64,000 nt of DNA from Candidatus Woesearchaeota archaeon (GCA_964651965.1 CAZYZS010000002.1:17164-81163); one strand, 5' to 3'; shown: positions 17,429 through 27,434, counted from the stretch's first letter. Translations and numbers: made by a program. The notes: generated by a model from the letters alone, not told the origin.

Positions 17429-18121
17429 ATGAAAACAATAGGGCTTCTTGGGGGCATGAGCTGGAAATCATCTCTAGAGTATTATAGGATAATAAACGAA
17501 ACCATCCAAAAGAGATTGGGCGGTTGGAATTCAGCAAAGATAATTCTTTATTCTGTAAACTTTGATGAAATAGACCTAGAACATCAAACAAAAGATTGGC
17601 AAAAATCCGACGGCATCTTAATAAATGCTGCAAAATCTCTAGAAAAAGGAGGAGCCGATCTTATCGTTATTTGCTGTAATACCGCGCATGTGCTTTATGA
17701 AGAGCTCCAAAAAAATGTTAAAATACCTATTTTGCATATTGCAGATGCAACAGCAGAAAAGATTAAAGCTGAAAAAATTAAGAAAGTAGGGCTTTTAGGA
17801 ACAAAACTTACCATGGATGAAGAATTTTATAAAGGGAGATTAGAGAAAAAGTACGGGCTTACTGTTATTGTTCCAACAGAAAAGGAAAAAGAGGCAGTTC
17901 ATACGGGGATAAACAGCATAATTCAAGGAAAAACAAACTTAGACATGAAAAGGCAATTTATTCAAATTATTAAAAATTTGGTTAAAAATGGTGCAGAGGC
18001 AGTAATCCTCGGCTGCACAGAAATCCCGCTGGTAGTCTCTCAAAAAGACGTAAACACGCGATTATTTGATACTGCGAGGATTCATGCCGAGAGTGCTGCA
18101 GAACATTCTTTAGAAAATTAA
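17429..18121 (+). CDS. aspartate/glutamate racemase family protein
   Basis: IGLLGGMSW, VICCNTAH and AVILGCTEIP with the two catalytic Cys. Confidence 0.75.
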   Translation: MKTIGLLGGMSWKSSLEYYRIINETIQKRLGGWNSAKIILYSVNFDEIDLEHQTKDWQKSDGILINAAKSLEKGGADLIVICCNTAHVLYEELQKNVKIPILHIADATAEKIKAEKIKKVGLLGTKLTMDEEFYKGRLEKKYGLTVIVPTEKEKEAVHTGINSIIQGKTNLDMKRQFIQIIKNLVKNGAEAVILGCTEIPLVVSQKDVNTRLFDTARIHAESAAEHSLEN

Positions 18122-18163
18122 ACAAACAGCAACACTTTTAAACCCCCAATTTCTAATTTAGCC

Positions 18164-18313
18164 ATGGTCATAAAAGTATGTAGAGACTGCAAAAAAGAAT
18201 TCGATGCCCCTAAGTCAAGGTATCCTCGCAAGTACTGTGATAAATGCTCGGCTCAGAGAAAAAAAGACTACGAGAATATTCACTTAGTGACTATTGACGA
18301 ATGTGAAGACTAA
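18164..18313 (+). CDS. 49-aa zinc-ribbon protein not in the ORF track
   Basis: MVIKVCRDCKKEF...KYCDKCSAQRKK, i.e. CxxC...CxxC. Confidence 0.35.
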   Translation: MVIKVCRDCKKEFDAPKSRYPRKYCDKCSAQRKKDYENIHLVTIDECED

Positions 18314-18323
18314 AACCTATTTC

Positions 18324-18788
18324 TTATAGAGAAAGGTAATTTAAAACAGAAGCAAATCCTACCCACAACAAGTAAGGAACTAAAAGATACGCCGCTTTTT
18401 TGCTTATTTTATGTGCAATTAAAATCATCGCAACAATAGAGGCTTCTAAAAGAATTATATCTGCAAATGCGAGCGCAGGATTCTTCAAGAAAAAATAAAA
18501 GTAACTCCAGGCAATATTAAGAATGAAATTTATTACAAAAACAAGTGCGACTTTCTTTTTACTCTTCCCCTCTGCGCTGTTCCACGCAAAATATAAGGAT
18601 AGTGCAATTAAGAAAAATAAAATGTTCCAGACAATTGGAAAGACCCGCCCAGGAGGGGTTATCGAAGGCTTTATAGATTCATACCATTCTCCGCTCGTAT
18701 TTCCGGCAGTAAAAATGCTTCCTGCTGCTGCAACAAGATAAACAATAATCAAACTTGCAATAAGAACCTTCCAATTTATTTTAGCCAT
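18324..18788 (-). CDS. tspO: TspO/MBR family tryptophan-rich sensory protein
   Basis: Five-TM protein of 154 aa with PPGRVFPIVWNILFFL and W/Y-rich helices. Confidence 0.7.
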   Translation of the reverse strand: MAKINWKVLIASLIIVYLVAAAGSIFTAGNTSGEWYESIKPSITPPGRVFPIVWNILFFLIALSLYFAWNSAEGKSKKKVALVFVINFILNIAWSYFYFFLKNPALAFADIILLEASIVAMILIAHKISKKAAYLLVPYLLWVGFASVLNYLSL

Positions 18789-18789
18789 T

Positions 18790-19062
18790 TTATTTTTTCC
18801 ATCTTTTTAAGTTAGGCAGAGTTGTTTCTGCCAAAGTTCTTGCCTGATTTTCAGTCATGCCCAGCTGCTCTACACTTATTTTAACTAATTTTTCAATCTT
18901 CTCGTTGAGAGTTATACCTTTGTCTGTGAATTCCCCTTGCCTGTAGCAGAAACAACAATAATTTTCACTTGGTTCCCCATTTTTCTCTCTGCCAAAATCC
19001 TCTTCTTTTTTCATCGGCATCCCACAACTCTGGCAAATAATTTTTCTATTTAATACTTCCAT
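18790..19062 (-). CDS. zinc-ribbon domain protein
   Basis: CQSCGMP...YCCFCY. Confidence 0.5.
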   Translation of the reverse strand: MEVLNRKIICQSCGMPMKKEEDFGREKNGEPSENYCCFCYRQGEFTDKGITLNEKIEKLVKISVEQLGMTENQARTLAETTLPNLKRWKK

Positions 19063-19063
19063 C

Positions 19064-19423
19064 TTAACCCAATTCCTTTATCTCATTTACTTCAATTACT
19101 ATCGCCCCTTTTGCAGGATAGCCTTTGTTTTCTTCTAACTCTTTAACAAATTCTACCCATTTTCCAGAATCAAAATATTCTGCTTTCCCATTAATCCTAT
19201 AACCTTTCTCTTCTCCTTCTTTTCCGTACCAGAAAACTAGAGAAACATTCGGATTTTTCTTTATATTCTCGACTGTTGACTTCATGTAGTTATCTGTTAA
19301 GATTATCTTATCGTCTTTTATTTTTACGCAAGCAACACTTATATTATGAGGTTGATTTTTTTCATCGACTGTTGCTACTGCAACTATTGCCTTTTCAATT
19401 TTTTTTATCTTCTGAATATCCAT
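19064..19423 (-). CDS. pyridoxamine 5'-phosphate oxidase-like FMN-binding split-barrel protein
   Basis: [24 protein letters not shown]...VSLVFWY pattern. Confidence 0.55.
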   Translation of the reverse strand: MDIQKIKKIEKAIVAVATVDEKNQPHNISVACVKIKDDKIILTDNYMKSTVENIKKNPNVSLVFWYGKEGEEKGYRINGKAEYFDSGKWVEFVKELEENKGYPAKGAIVIEVNEIKELG

Positions 19424-19632
19424 TTTCTCTTTTCCTTTTTTTCTTCGAATATAAACAATTCATCAATCGTTGTTTTTAAAACTTTTGCAACTTCATGCGC
19501 CAACTGTAAAGAAGGATTGTATTTCCCTTGCTCAAGAAAGACAATTGTCTCTCTTCTTACTCCTGCTTTTTTAGCTAGCTCTTCTTGAGTAAGGTTATAT
19601 TTCGCTCTAAATTCTTTAATTCGCGTTTTCAT
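19405..19632 (-). CDS. XRE-family HTH transcriptional regulator
   Basis: [34 protein letters not shown]. Confidence 0.7.
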   Translation of the reverse strand: MKTRIKEFRAKYNLTQEELAKKAGVRRETIVFLEQGKYNPSLQLAHEVAKVLKTTIDELFIFEEKKEKRKWIFRR

Positions 19633-19654
19633 CTTTTCCCTTAATCTTTTGGAT

Positions 19655-20089
19655 TTAAATCTCTTTTCTGTTATAATACAGCCAGAATATCAAAAATAAG
19701 AGAGCCATTCCTCCAACTCCAACGCCCGCTGCCTGACTTACATCTCTGAATCTTATTAGCCCATGTGAAAAGTAACCTATTGCCAGAAACAGATAAAGCG
19801 AAACGTAAAATGCAGTAGAGCTTGCTTTTTCAATTACTCTCCTGCTTCTCTCGTCCTTTATGGGATACCCTTCTCTTAAGTCTCTGTTTCCTCTAACAAA
19901 AACAAAGATGGCAAACACAAGTATAGTTATTGCAATAATTGCTCCCAGCACTGCCCCAGTAAAATCTCCATCCATAGAAGAGGTTATCACCCACAAAATT
20001 CCTGTTGCGATTACAAACAAGCTTACGATCATTATAGCTATCAGCCTTATCTTGTCTCTCCTTGCTGTTTTATTTGATTTTTGTTTCAT
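19655..20089 (-). CDS. membrane protein (four TM), probably co-transcribed with the XRE regulator
   Basis: Hydrophobic helices and adjacency to the HTH gene. Confidence 0.45.
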   Translation of the reverse strand: MKQKSNKTARRDKIRLIAIMIVSLFVIATGILWVITSSMDGDFTGAVLGAIIAITILVFAIFVFVRGNRDLREGYPIKDERSRRVIEKASSTAFYVSLYLFLAIGYFSHGLIRFRDVSQAAGVGVGGMALLFLIFWLYYNRKEI

Positions 20090-20183
20090 TTTTCTAACTT
20101 TATGTTATATTTAATTAACAATATGTTAGAAATAAATAACACTAGTATTTAAATCTTCCGTTTTTCCTTTTAAAACTTGTTTT

Positions 20184-22106
20184 TTACCTTTTCTGAAAAA
20201 CTCGTGAATCCGGAGAAAGAAGATAAACGTGGTCGTCTTTGCTTCTTAATCCTCGATATATTTTTTGAAGGAACTCTCTTCTCGCCTTGTCGATATAAAA
20301 GCTGTTGTAATGTTCTGGATTGGTTTTCTTTAAAACCCTCCAGAATAGAGAGCTTACATTTGGATAAGGATACTTTGTAAGTATTGTGCTGTTGCACATC
20401 TCTCCTGGAAAATCCGCCCCCCTACCACATTTGGTTGTGTAAAGTAGGTCTATTTCCCCCCTCTTGAACTTTTCTACCTCTTTTTCTGCATTTTTCTGCT
20501 CTTCAATTAATCTTTCTTGGGTCATTAGGTTTAGACTATACTTCCTCGCCTCTTCTTCAGTCGGTAAATCCTTAAACGCATTTACATGCACCAGAACTGG
20601 CCTTTTTGCCTGTGCGACGCATCTGGATAGTGCAAACAAGTATTGCCCCCTATTTACCCTTCCCCTTTTAAAATTCTCATAACTGCAGTCTCTTTCATAT
20701 CCTGTTTTGAACTCGCTTACTTTCCCAGGCATCTTGGTTTCTGCTTCAATGACCTTGAAGTTCGTTATACCGAATATATCTTTTAAAACTTCTTCGGAAT
20801 GCAATGTTCCTGACATTAGCACTAAAGCCTTGTTTTTTTCCTGCAGTTCGCGAAATCTTTTCTCCAAGTTAGTTGTAACTAATCTGACAAGAATATCTTT
20901 TTCCTCCTTGTAAAAAGAAACGTAAGTTTCATTAAAAAATCCAAAAAAAGTCTTAGCCACTTTATCGCAATGATAACAATAGTTCTCTTCATCGCACTCC
21001 ACTGAATTCATCAATCCTGAATCCAAAAACTGTTTTAATATAAGGTAAATTTTTGTCTCTTTTAGGGGAATTATTTTATCCTCGCGAATATATCTTGTTA
21101 TTTCCTCATCTTTCAGCGCTAGGCTCACTAGCCTTGTTACCTCGCTTATAGCTTCGCCTATCTCTGCGCCTTCAGGATAGAGTGAGCCCAGTGCAAAAAT
21201 TAGCCTGTTAAGATTAAGCTTTTCTTGATTTGACAAGCTGTCTAAAAATTCATCGCATTCGTCTATTATTTCCACGTCTGTTGCAGGCTTTCGGTCCATC
21301 AGGCTCTCTAGCTTGTATTTTTCGCTGTTAAATATTATAACATCAGAATCAGCATACGACTCAAACTGGTCGTAATATCCACATCCTTTTTTTCTTTTGT
21401 AGATAGTATACTCTTTGTTCTGCAGCCCTTTATAGTTTAGTTTGAAAGAATCTTCCAGCAGGCTTGTAACTATCTCGCTCGGCATTATTGGACTCCAATA
21501 AGGACATATAGGCGCTATTGATAGCCTTCTTACCATGTTGACGTTGTTGAAATTATAGAGCCTAACTTTAGGATTCTTGCTTAAATAGCCGGATATTTTT
21601 TTAAAGTTTTTTTCTTTGATTTCTATTGTGCAAGGAAGAAGGGGATTATCGCAAGATTCCTCTTTCTTGCTTTTAAATTCTGTAACAATAGAATTCTCAA
21701 AAATGCCCAATTCGCTCAGCTTCGCATTTTTTTCAGTCTTCTCTATCTTTAGGTTCTCTTCCTGCAAAAAAGGGCAGGAATAATTCTGTCTGCCAGTTAT
21801 TATTTTTATCTTTAATTTCTGTCCATTTTTCAGTAGATATTTCCTGTTGGTATAATCTTCTTCATATTGCCTCTGCAGAGCTCTTGCCGGAACAACAACG
21901 CTTGCTCTTCCGAGCTCTTTTGCTATGTTAAGTGCAATGCTTGATTTGCCTGTTCCGCATACCCCTCTTATAAATATGACTCTTGCTCCTTTTTTTATCT
22001 CTTCCACGATTTCCTTTACTATATCTTCCTGATTTTTTCCATTGGAAAAAGCCAGAGGCTCAAGAAACTTCTCTTCTTCTCCAGTTTTTTCATATAAGCT
22101 CCACAT
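20184..22106 (-). CDS. P-loop NTPase/helicase-like protein with a Cys-containing insertion between Walker A and Walker B, XPD/Rad3-like architecture
   Basis: GVCGTGKSS (Walker A); four or more Cys between (NYSCPF, SCDNPLLPC, APICPYW, KGCGYY); IIDECDEF (Walker B-like); SGTL; C-terminal TTKCGRGADFPGE. Confidence 0.45.
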   Translation of the reverse strand: MWSLYEKTGEEEKFLEPLAFSNGKNQEDIVKEIVEEIKKGARVIFIRGVCGTGKSSIALNIAKELGRASVVVPARALQRQYEEDYTNRKYLLKNGQKLKIKIITGRQNYSCPFLQEENLKIEKTEKNAKLSELGIFENSIVTEFKSKKEESCDNPLLPCTIEIKEKNFKKISGYLSKNPKVRLYNFNNVNMVRRLSIAPICPYWSPIMPSEIVTSLLEDSFKLNYKGLQNKEYTIYKRKKGCGYYDQFESYADSDVIIFNSEKYKLESLMDRKPATDVEIIDECDEFLDSLSNQEKLNLNRLIFALGSLYPEGAEIGEAISEVTRLVSLALKDEEITRYIREDKIIPLKETKIYLILKQFLDSGLMNSVECDEENYCYHCDKVAKTFFGFFNETYVSFYKEEKDILVRLVTTNLEKRFRELQEKNKALVLMSGTLHSEEVLKDIFGITNFKVIEAETKMPGKVSEFKTGYERDCSYENFKRGRVNRGQYLFALSRCVAQAKRPVLVHVNAFKDLPTEEEARKYSLNLMTQERLIEEQKNAEKEVEKFKRGEIDLLYTTKCGRGADFPGEMCNSTILTKYPYPNVSSLFWRVLKKTNPEHYNSFYIDKARREFLQKIYRGLRSKDDHVYLLSPDSRVFQKR

Positions 22107-22219
22107 TTTAAAAGAGGAATAAATAAGCAGATTAATAAAGATTGCTTTAAACTATATACTCGATTATATTTTTTCTAATATATAAATGGATTTATTATCA
22201 AATTGCCTTTTTTAAGTTT

Positions 22220-22852
22220 ATGGAAGGAGTTTGGACCGCCTTAGCAGTAGATGAGCGTTATAGGGGAAAAGGAAAGCATCAAGAAGTTTTATACTGCGGG
22301 GTAGGCCTTGATGGAGACCCGACTGAAGTGGAGATAGGGCAAGAACGCCTCCCTCAAAGATTAGGAGACAAAGAGGCCTTGGCGGCAAACTTGGAGAAGA
22401 GGGCTCATTCTTTTTGCCTTGTTAGTACAAGGGACTTAAATAGGATACATCCTAAAAAGAGAATCGCAGTTATATTGGCGGGACTCCTGTTCAGAGAACC
22501 CGTAGACCGGATTAATGGTATCAAAATTTATGTTGATGGAGAATTAAACGATCCTTCAAAAGGCATGATAAAAATCGCAGTAAATCGCGTAACGAGAATC
22601 CCTCGGAGATTAGTTCATGTTTATTGTGGGAGACATTTAGATTCTCATCAGCCTTTAACAAATTTAGCTCATAGGGCCGCTTCCTACTTATTAGGATTAC
22701 CAGAAGAGACACTCTACTCACACGAGAGAAGAAAACTTCTGCCTGTTTGGCAATTAGAGGACCCTCTTCATTTAGATCTGTCGGTGGACGAACTCAGAAG
22801 ATATCAAATAAAATCGCCAGTAAGAGCCTTACAAGCCCATCTCGGTTTATAA
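22220..22852 (+). CDS. hypothetical protein with atypically high GC
   Basis: 210-aa ORF whose GC is clearly above neighbouring genes. Confidence 0.35.
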   Translation: MEGVWTALAVDERYRGKGKHQEVLYCGVGLDGDPTEVEIGQERLPQRLGDKEALAANLEKRAHSFCLVSTRDLNRIHPKKRIAVILAGLLFREPVDRINGIKIYVDGELNDPSKGMIKIAVNRVTRIPRRLVHVYCGRHLDSHQPLTNLAHRAASYLLGLPEETLYSHERRKLLPVWQLEDPLHLDLSVDELRRYQIKSPVRALQAHLGL

Positions 22853-23119
22853 TCCGAAATTGTTAATAAAATTTTCAATGACTCTATACTCCTCGAGAAA
22901 ATTATTTCCTTTCGGGGTGAGTGAAAATGTTTTTTTATCATCTTTGTTCACATCCAATTTTATAAAATTTTTTCCAATTAATTCGTTTATGTATTCTTTA
23001 AACATCTGAGGAGAAAGGTTAGAGGCGTATAGCAGCCTTGTTGGTTTGATATTCCTGCTCTCTCTGATTGCCATTAGAATGTCCTTGATTACATCTAAAC
23101 GCTCCCTTTTCTTAGCCAT
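22847..23119 (-). CDS. small winged-helix DNA-binding protein
   Basis: 90 aa with a wHTH-like helix-turn-helix pattern. Confidence 0.4.
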   Translation of the reverse strand: MAKKRERLDVIKDILMAIRESRNIKPTRLLYASNLSPQMFKEYINELIGKNFIKLDVNKDDKKTFSLTPKGNNFLEEYRVIENFINNFGL

Positions 23120-23816
23120 TTTTTATTCTCTTTTGTTTTTTTGTTGCATTCATAACTCCATATAGAAATAAAAAGAAGATGAGGATATTTAAAATATAAA
23201 TTCCCACAACCCCGCCCTTATGCCAATTGAAAAATGTGGCGACTAAGAAATTAGCAAGCCAAGCAATAAGATTTAAGATAATGACTATAAGATATAGTCT
23301 GAGAAACCCGCTCTTCTTAGATTTTTTATAGTTCTCATAGCTTATTATCGAGGCAGAGAGGAATAAAATAATCTGCAATAAAAACATAAACAGATAAGTT
23401 GCCCACAAATAATCTAGTACAACAACAATTAAGGCGAGCAAATAAAATACAGCAAATCTCAAGTTGAATAAAGAGCTATGTATGCCTCTTTCTGGCTCGA
23501 ACTTCTTCCATATCAGGCTATATAAGAGAGAAAATCCAGCCATAATCAAGAAAAACTCAAATACCCCTCTTATAAGAAACTGGTATAACCAGTAGGGCTC
23601 ACCTAAAAAGTAAAAGATACTTAGAACGTATCTCATGATAAATGCCAAGCCGTAAAAAAAGAACGCGTTTCTAAAATACCTTATCCCCTGATGAGAACTT
23701 AGCTTAAATAGTCGGTGGGTTCTTAAGACTATCAAAAAGCAGATTAGGCCTATTATTAAGGTATAAACTAATTTGAATGTCTCTTTGTTTGCCCAAACAA
23801 AGTCGTATAAGTACAT
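23112..23816 (-). CDS. polytopic membrane protein
   Basis: 234 aa with about seven hydrophobic helices. Confidence 0.5.
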   Translation of the reverse strand: MYLYDFVWANKETFKLVYTLIIGLICFLIVLRTHRLFKLSSHQGIRYFRNAFFFYGLAFIMRYVLSIFYFLGEPYWLYQFLIRGVFEFFLIMAGFSLLYSLIWKKFEPERGIHSSLFNLRFAVFYLLALIVVVLDYLWATYLFMFLLQIILFLSASIISYENYKKSKKSGFLRLYLIVIILNLIAWLANFLVATFFNWHKGGVVGIYILNILIFFLFLYGVMNATKKQKRIKNG

Positions 23817-24129
23817 ACCTTTCTGTCACTTTTTATTTATTTAAAGTTTTATATAAGGAAATATAGATTATTGGTATATATCTTATTTATTTACTTTTTC
23901 TTCTGAGGCTTTATAAAGCAGATTTATTTTAAATAAGTATAAAATTCAAAGGGGAGCGGGTTTACACCACTCTTTATCCCGCTCCCTCCTTTCAATCAAG
24001 AAAAAATAACACCTCTGAATCAGGCCTGTGTAATTAAATTTAAGGCACTCCATTCTTTGCATGGGCCTGATAGTTTTCTTTTTATCTCGATAGTTGCCTT
24101 TAAAATAGCAAGTTTTCTGTAAGACTCGT

Positions 24130-24501
24130 TTAGGATTTTTTACCCTCTTTTAAGCGCGGGTCGTATCCTCCTTGTTCTATTTGGAGGGAAGGAGGGTTAT
24201 AGCCCCCTTCTTGAAAACACCTGGTCATTTTTATATGCCAAGCTACCAATGGAATCAATTCTTGGGGGAGCTCTATCATTGCCTGGCCCGCCCCTAAACT
24301 TTCTTCTACCTTCTCCCTATCATTCGGGTCTGCAGATTCTCCTACAACAAAATAACCCGTCCGTGCGCCCCCGTCCCTATTTTTTCCATCATGGTATACA
24401 GATACTCTATGTCCATGAGCTGTATAAGTCACTTTTCCTTTAAGCCCTTCTCTTGGAGAGATTGTTAATTCTCCTCTTATTTCTACCACATCTTCATCCA
24501 T
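24130..24501 (-). CDS. hypothetical protein with atypically high GC
   Basis: 123-aa ORF in a GC-richer patch. Confidence 0.35.
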   Translation of the reverse strand: MDEDVVEIRGELTISPREGLKGKVTYTAHGHRVSVYHDGKNRDGGARTGYFVVGESADPNDREKVEESLGAGQAMIELPQELIPLVAWHIKMTRCFQEGGYNPPSLQIEQGGYDPRLKEGKKS

Positions 24502-24591
24502 CTTTTTTCATGCCCTTTTCAGTTTATAAGCTTTTATGGAGTAAAAAGTATAATTCACAACCTATTTAAAGAGGTTCGCACAACTCTCTTT

Positions 24592-25428
24592 ATGAATAAA
24601 GAGGAATTTTTAAAAAAGATTGAAACCGAGCTAAAAATATCTAAAAATTCTGCTTACACCATTCGCAATTATGTTGCCTACAACGCCGCCCTTCTTGAAT
24701 TTTCTAAAAAAACTCCAGAAGAACTATCTTTAGATGACGTTAAACTTTACATAGCAGAACATTTGACAGAAAAATCTTCTTCTTCAGTTATACTTTTTCT
24801 TGCGGCAATTAAATATGCCCATTCTACAATATTTTCACGAGATATTACAGCAGGAATAAAACGCCCAAAAAAAGAAAAGAAAATACCAACAGTCCTCTCA
24901 AAAGAAGAGATAAAAGCGCTTCTATCTTCAATAACCAATTCAAAAAGTAAGCTGATGATAAGCCTATTGTATGCCTGCGGTTTTAGGGTTTCTGAGTTAG
25001 TTAACCTTAAAATACGAGATTTAGATTTCAACAATAAAGTAGGGCATGCAAGGCAGGCGAAAGGAAAAAAAGATAGGACTTTTAATATCCCAGAATTTCT
25101 TGTTTTGGTCTTGATGCAGCGAGCAGAAAAACAAAAATCACTCAATCAAGAGTATCTTTTCACAGGCCCAAAAGGCCGGTTATCTTCAAGAAACGTACAA
25201 AAAATTGTTAAAAAAGCAGCGAAAAAAGCAGGAATAGAAAAAGAAGTCCATCCCCATACCCTCAGACATTCTTTCGCCACTCACCTTCTTGAAAATGGAA
25301 CAGACATAAGGATGATACAGGAATTACTTGGACACAGCGACCTCAGCACAACACAAATATATACTCATATTTCTAATGAAGAACTAAAGAAAATAAAAAG
25401 CCCAATTGATAGTTTAATGAAAGAATAA
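24592..25428 (+). CDS. xerA: tyrosine recombinase, XerA/XerC/XerD-like
   Basis: C-terminal HTLRHSFATHLLENGTDIRMIQELLGHSDLSTTQIYTHI with R, HxxR and the catalytic Y. Confidence 0.8.
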   Translation: MNKEEFLKKIETELKISKNSAYTIRNYVAYNAALLEFSKKTPEELSLDDVKLYIAEHLTEKSSSSVILFLAAIKYAHSTIFSRDITAGIKRPKKEKKIPTVLSKEEIKALLSSITNSKSKLMISLLYACGFRVSELVNLKIRDLDFNNKVGHARQAKGKKDRTFNIPEFLVLVLMQRAEKQKSLNQEYLFTGPKGRLSSRNVQKIVKKAAKKAGIEKEVHPHTLRHSFATHLLENGTDIRMIQELLGHSDLSTTQIYTHISNEELKKIKSPIDSLMKE

Positions 25429-25430
25429 GC

Positions 25431-25631
25431 TTATTTCTTAAATATCTTAAATCCAACTATTGCGCAATTTACATAAAATAAACCCATTAAAACAGGTTCG
25501 ATAGTAAAAAGGTTTCCTTTTATTATTACCATTTGGAGCGCGTAATAGGCAACAACCAAGAGAAACGCGCTTATGATTATCTTTATAGAATAGTTAATTG
25601 CAATATCTCTGTCTGTATTTTTAGATTCCAT
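25431..25631 (-). CDS. small membrane protein
   Basis: 66 aa with two hydrophobic helices. Confidence 0.3.
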   Translation of the reverse strand: MESKNTDRDIAINYSIKIIISAFLLVVAYYALQMVIIKGNLFTIEPVLMGLFYVNCAIVGFKIFKK

Positions 25632-25665
25632 GTTCTTATTAAGTATTTGCCCATTTTAAATTTTT

Positions 25666-26055
25666 CTATGCTGCATGCGCCCAAAAATACGGAGAGTCCG
25701 CAGCCTTGTCTGTTTGGGTTTCATCATAGGATTTTTGCCATGAATGTATTGTCTCGTGTCTTTTAGTATGGCCTTTTAAGCCCCAAAAAGTATCCCATCC
25801 AACAGTCATTGAGTGTCTCAACCACTCGTATAATCCTAAAACTTGCCATCCATCTCCGTGCGGGAGATAAGATAGCGGTTTTTCATCTTCCAAGACTCCA
25901 TCGTACTCTCCAGAACGAGTATGCAGATAAGGATGAAGATAAATTATTTTAGGTTCTTCTCGCCTATAAGTTCCATCTAATCTCTCTTCTAACTTTTCTC
26001 TTTTTCTTTCTTTCTCCTGCTTTTCTTTTTCTGCTTGAAAATTAATGATCTTCAT
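25666..26055 (-). CDS. hypothetical protein (GC-richer)
   Basis: 129-aa ORF, not recognised. Confidence 0.35.
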   Translation of the reverse strand: MKIINFQAEKEKQEKERKREKLEERLDGTYRREEPKIIYLHPYLHTRSGEYDGVLEDEKPLSYLPHGDGWQVLGLYEWLRHSMTVGWDTFWGLKGHTKRHETIHSWQKSYDETQTDKAADSPYFWAHAA

Positions 26056-26169
26056 GTAGTTAATCTTAAATCTTCATTTATATTCTTTTTGCCAATATAG
26101 ACAAAATGTGGTTTTGGCTTTTTTTGTAGTTGTTTTAGTTCTTGCTAAACCTCTTGGCTAATTAAATAG

Positions 26170-26685
26170 CTAAATATAAACTTCATCCTCATCGACTACT
26201 GCTATATCTGCTAATAAATCTATACATGCCTGTGCGATCTCCTCTGGATTTCCATTTGGGTTAATACTTAAAAAATTTTTATAAGCGCTTTCTTCAGGCG
26301 GCTCGATAACTACGCCATGAAACTCTGGCCCCAATATATCTTCTGCATCTCCAACAACAATAGAAAGACCTTCTGGAATATATGGACCATACTCTTCTCT
26401 TAGTTCCCGTTGTCTTTGTCTTATAAAATTGGGCTTTCTTGAGTGCCCTGCATAGGCGATTACTAAACAGCTGCCCTCTAGATCGTCTCTTAGCCTATCT
26501 AGAAGTTCTCGACGCTCATTCCCAACTTCGTAGAATGCTACTGGTTTTGTAAAATGCGCGAAAAAATCAAAGGTCCTCCCCGCAGGAGTGCAACACGGCA
26601 CCCAAACAGTTTTACCTGTAGCTCTTCTGTCTTGCGGCCCTTGCCTTACTGTCATTTGGTTTATAGGCCTCCTTACGTCTAACAT
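26170..26685 (-). CDS. hypothetical protein (GC-richer); the annotated start overlaps the rps9 3' end, so the true start is probably internal at about 26655
   Basis: 171-aa ORF. MTVRQGPQ... offers an internal Met. Confidence 0.35.
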   Translation of the reverse strand: MLDVRRPINQMTVRQGPQDRRATGKTVWVPCCTPAGRTFDFFAHFTKPVAFYEVGNERRELLDRLRDDLEGSCLVIAYAGHSRKPNFIRQRQRELREEYGPYIPEGLSIVVGDAEDILGPEFHGVVIEPPEESAYKNFLSINPNGNPEEIAQACIDLLADIAVVDEDEVYI

Positions 26686-27055
26686 CTGCTATCAAAAGAT
26701 TCCTATCGTAATTGAGAAATGCTTTTCTTAATTCTACAGACTTTGTGAAATTGGCTATTGCCCTGGCTATTGCAAGCCTTGCAGCCTCTATTTGTCCTTG
26801 CTGTCCTCCGCCTTTAACTTTTACATCTATATCAAAATCAAATTTGCCTCGCGTGTTTTTAGTTATCTCGATAGGCTCCTGTATCATTAGCCTGTGGAAT
26901 TCATCTAAATTTTCGTATGGCCTCTTGTTGATTGTAACTCTCCCGCTTCCTTCTTGGATAAGCGCTTTGGCTACTGCAGTCTTTCTCTTCCCTACTACCA
27001 TAAGTTTTCCTTGTTTCTTTACCATTTTGTTATATTTTCTTTGAAACCTCTTCAA
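26612..27055 (-). CDS. rps9: 30S ribosomal protein S9 (uS9)
   Basis: GKRKTAVA...GGGQQGQIEAARLAIARA...RQKSYR. Confidence 0.85.
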   Translation of the reverse strand: MKRFQRKYNKMVKKQGKLMVVGKRKTAVAKALIQEGSGRVTINKRPYENLDEFHRLMIQEPIEITKNTRGKFDFDIDVKVKGGGQQGQIEAARLAIARAIANFTKSVELRKAFLNYDRNLLIADVRRKEAYKPNDSKARAARQKSYR

Positions 27056-27434
27056 CTGAAATATAAGCTGTATGTTTTTCTTTTCCAGCTTTTATTAGCT
27101 TTTCATTTTTGTACTCTTCTGGAATGCCTTTGTAGCATAATATTCTTCTAAACGCCTCTTTTCCTTTTCCTGTCCGATAATTTGGGAGCATCCCCCTTAT
27201 AGTCCTTTTTACTATTCTTTCAGCTGTCCCTGGAAAATTCGGCCCCCTCAAAGCAGTTCCTCCTTTGGACCTTTTTTCTTTGTATGTTTTGATTATGCCT
27301 ATCTTTTTGCCTGTTATTATCGCTTTTTCTGAATTGAGTACCACTACCTTCTTACCCTGCAATGCCTGTTTAGCTGCATAACTAGATAGCCTTCCCAAGG
27401 TTGCATTAGTAGCATCAATAATTATGGTCTTCAT
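27030..27434 (-). CDS. rpl13: 50S ribosomal protein L13 (uL13)
   Basis: IIIDATNATLGRLSSYAAKQ...MLP.N..G. Confidence 0.85.
   Translation of the reverse strand: MKTIIIDATNATLGRLSSYAAKQALQGKKVVVLNSEKAIITGKKIGIIKTYKEKRSKGGTALRGPNFPGTAERIVKRTIRGMLPNYRTGKGKEAFRRILCYKGIPEEYKNEKLIKAGKEKHTAYISVEEVSKKI

Noticed and set aside
20177-20913. Short plus-strand ORFs (20177..20380, 20464..20682, 20707..20913)
   Set aside because: They lie antisense within the 640-aa helicase-like gene.
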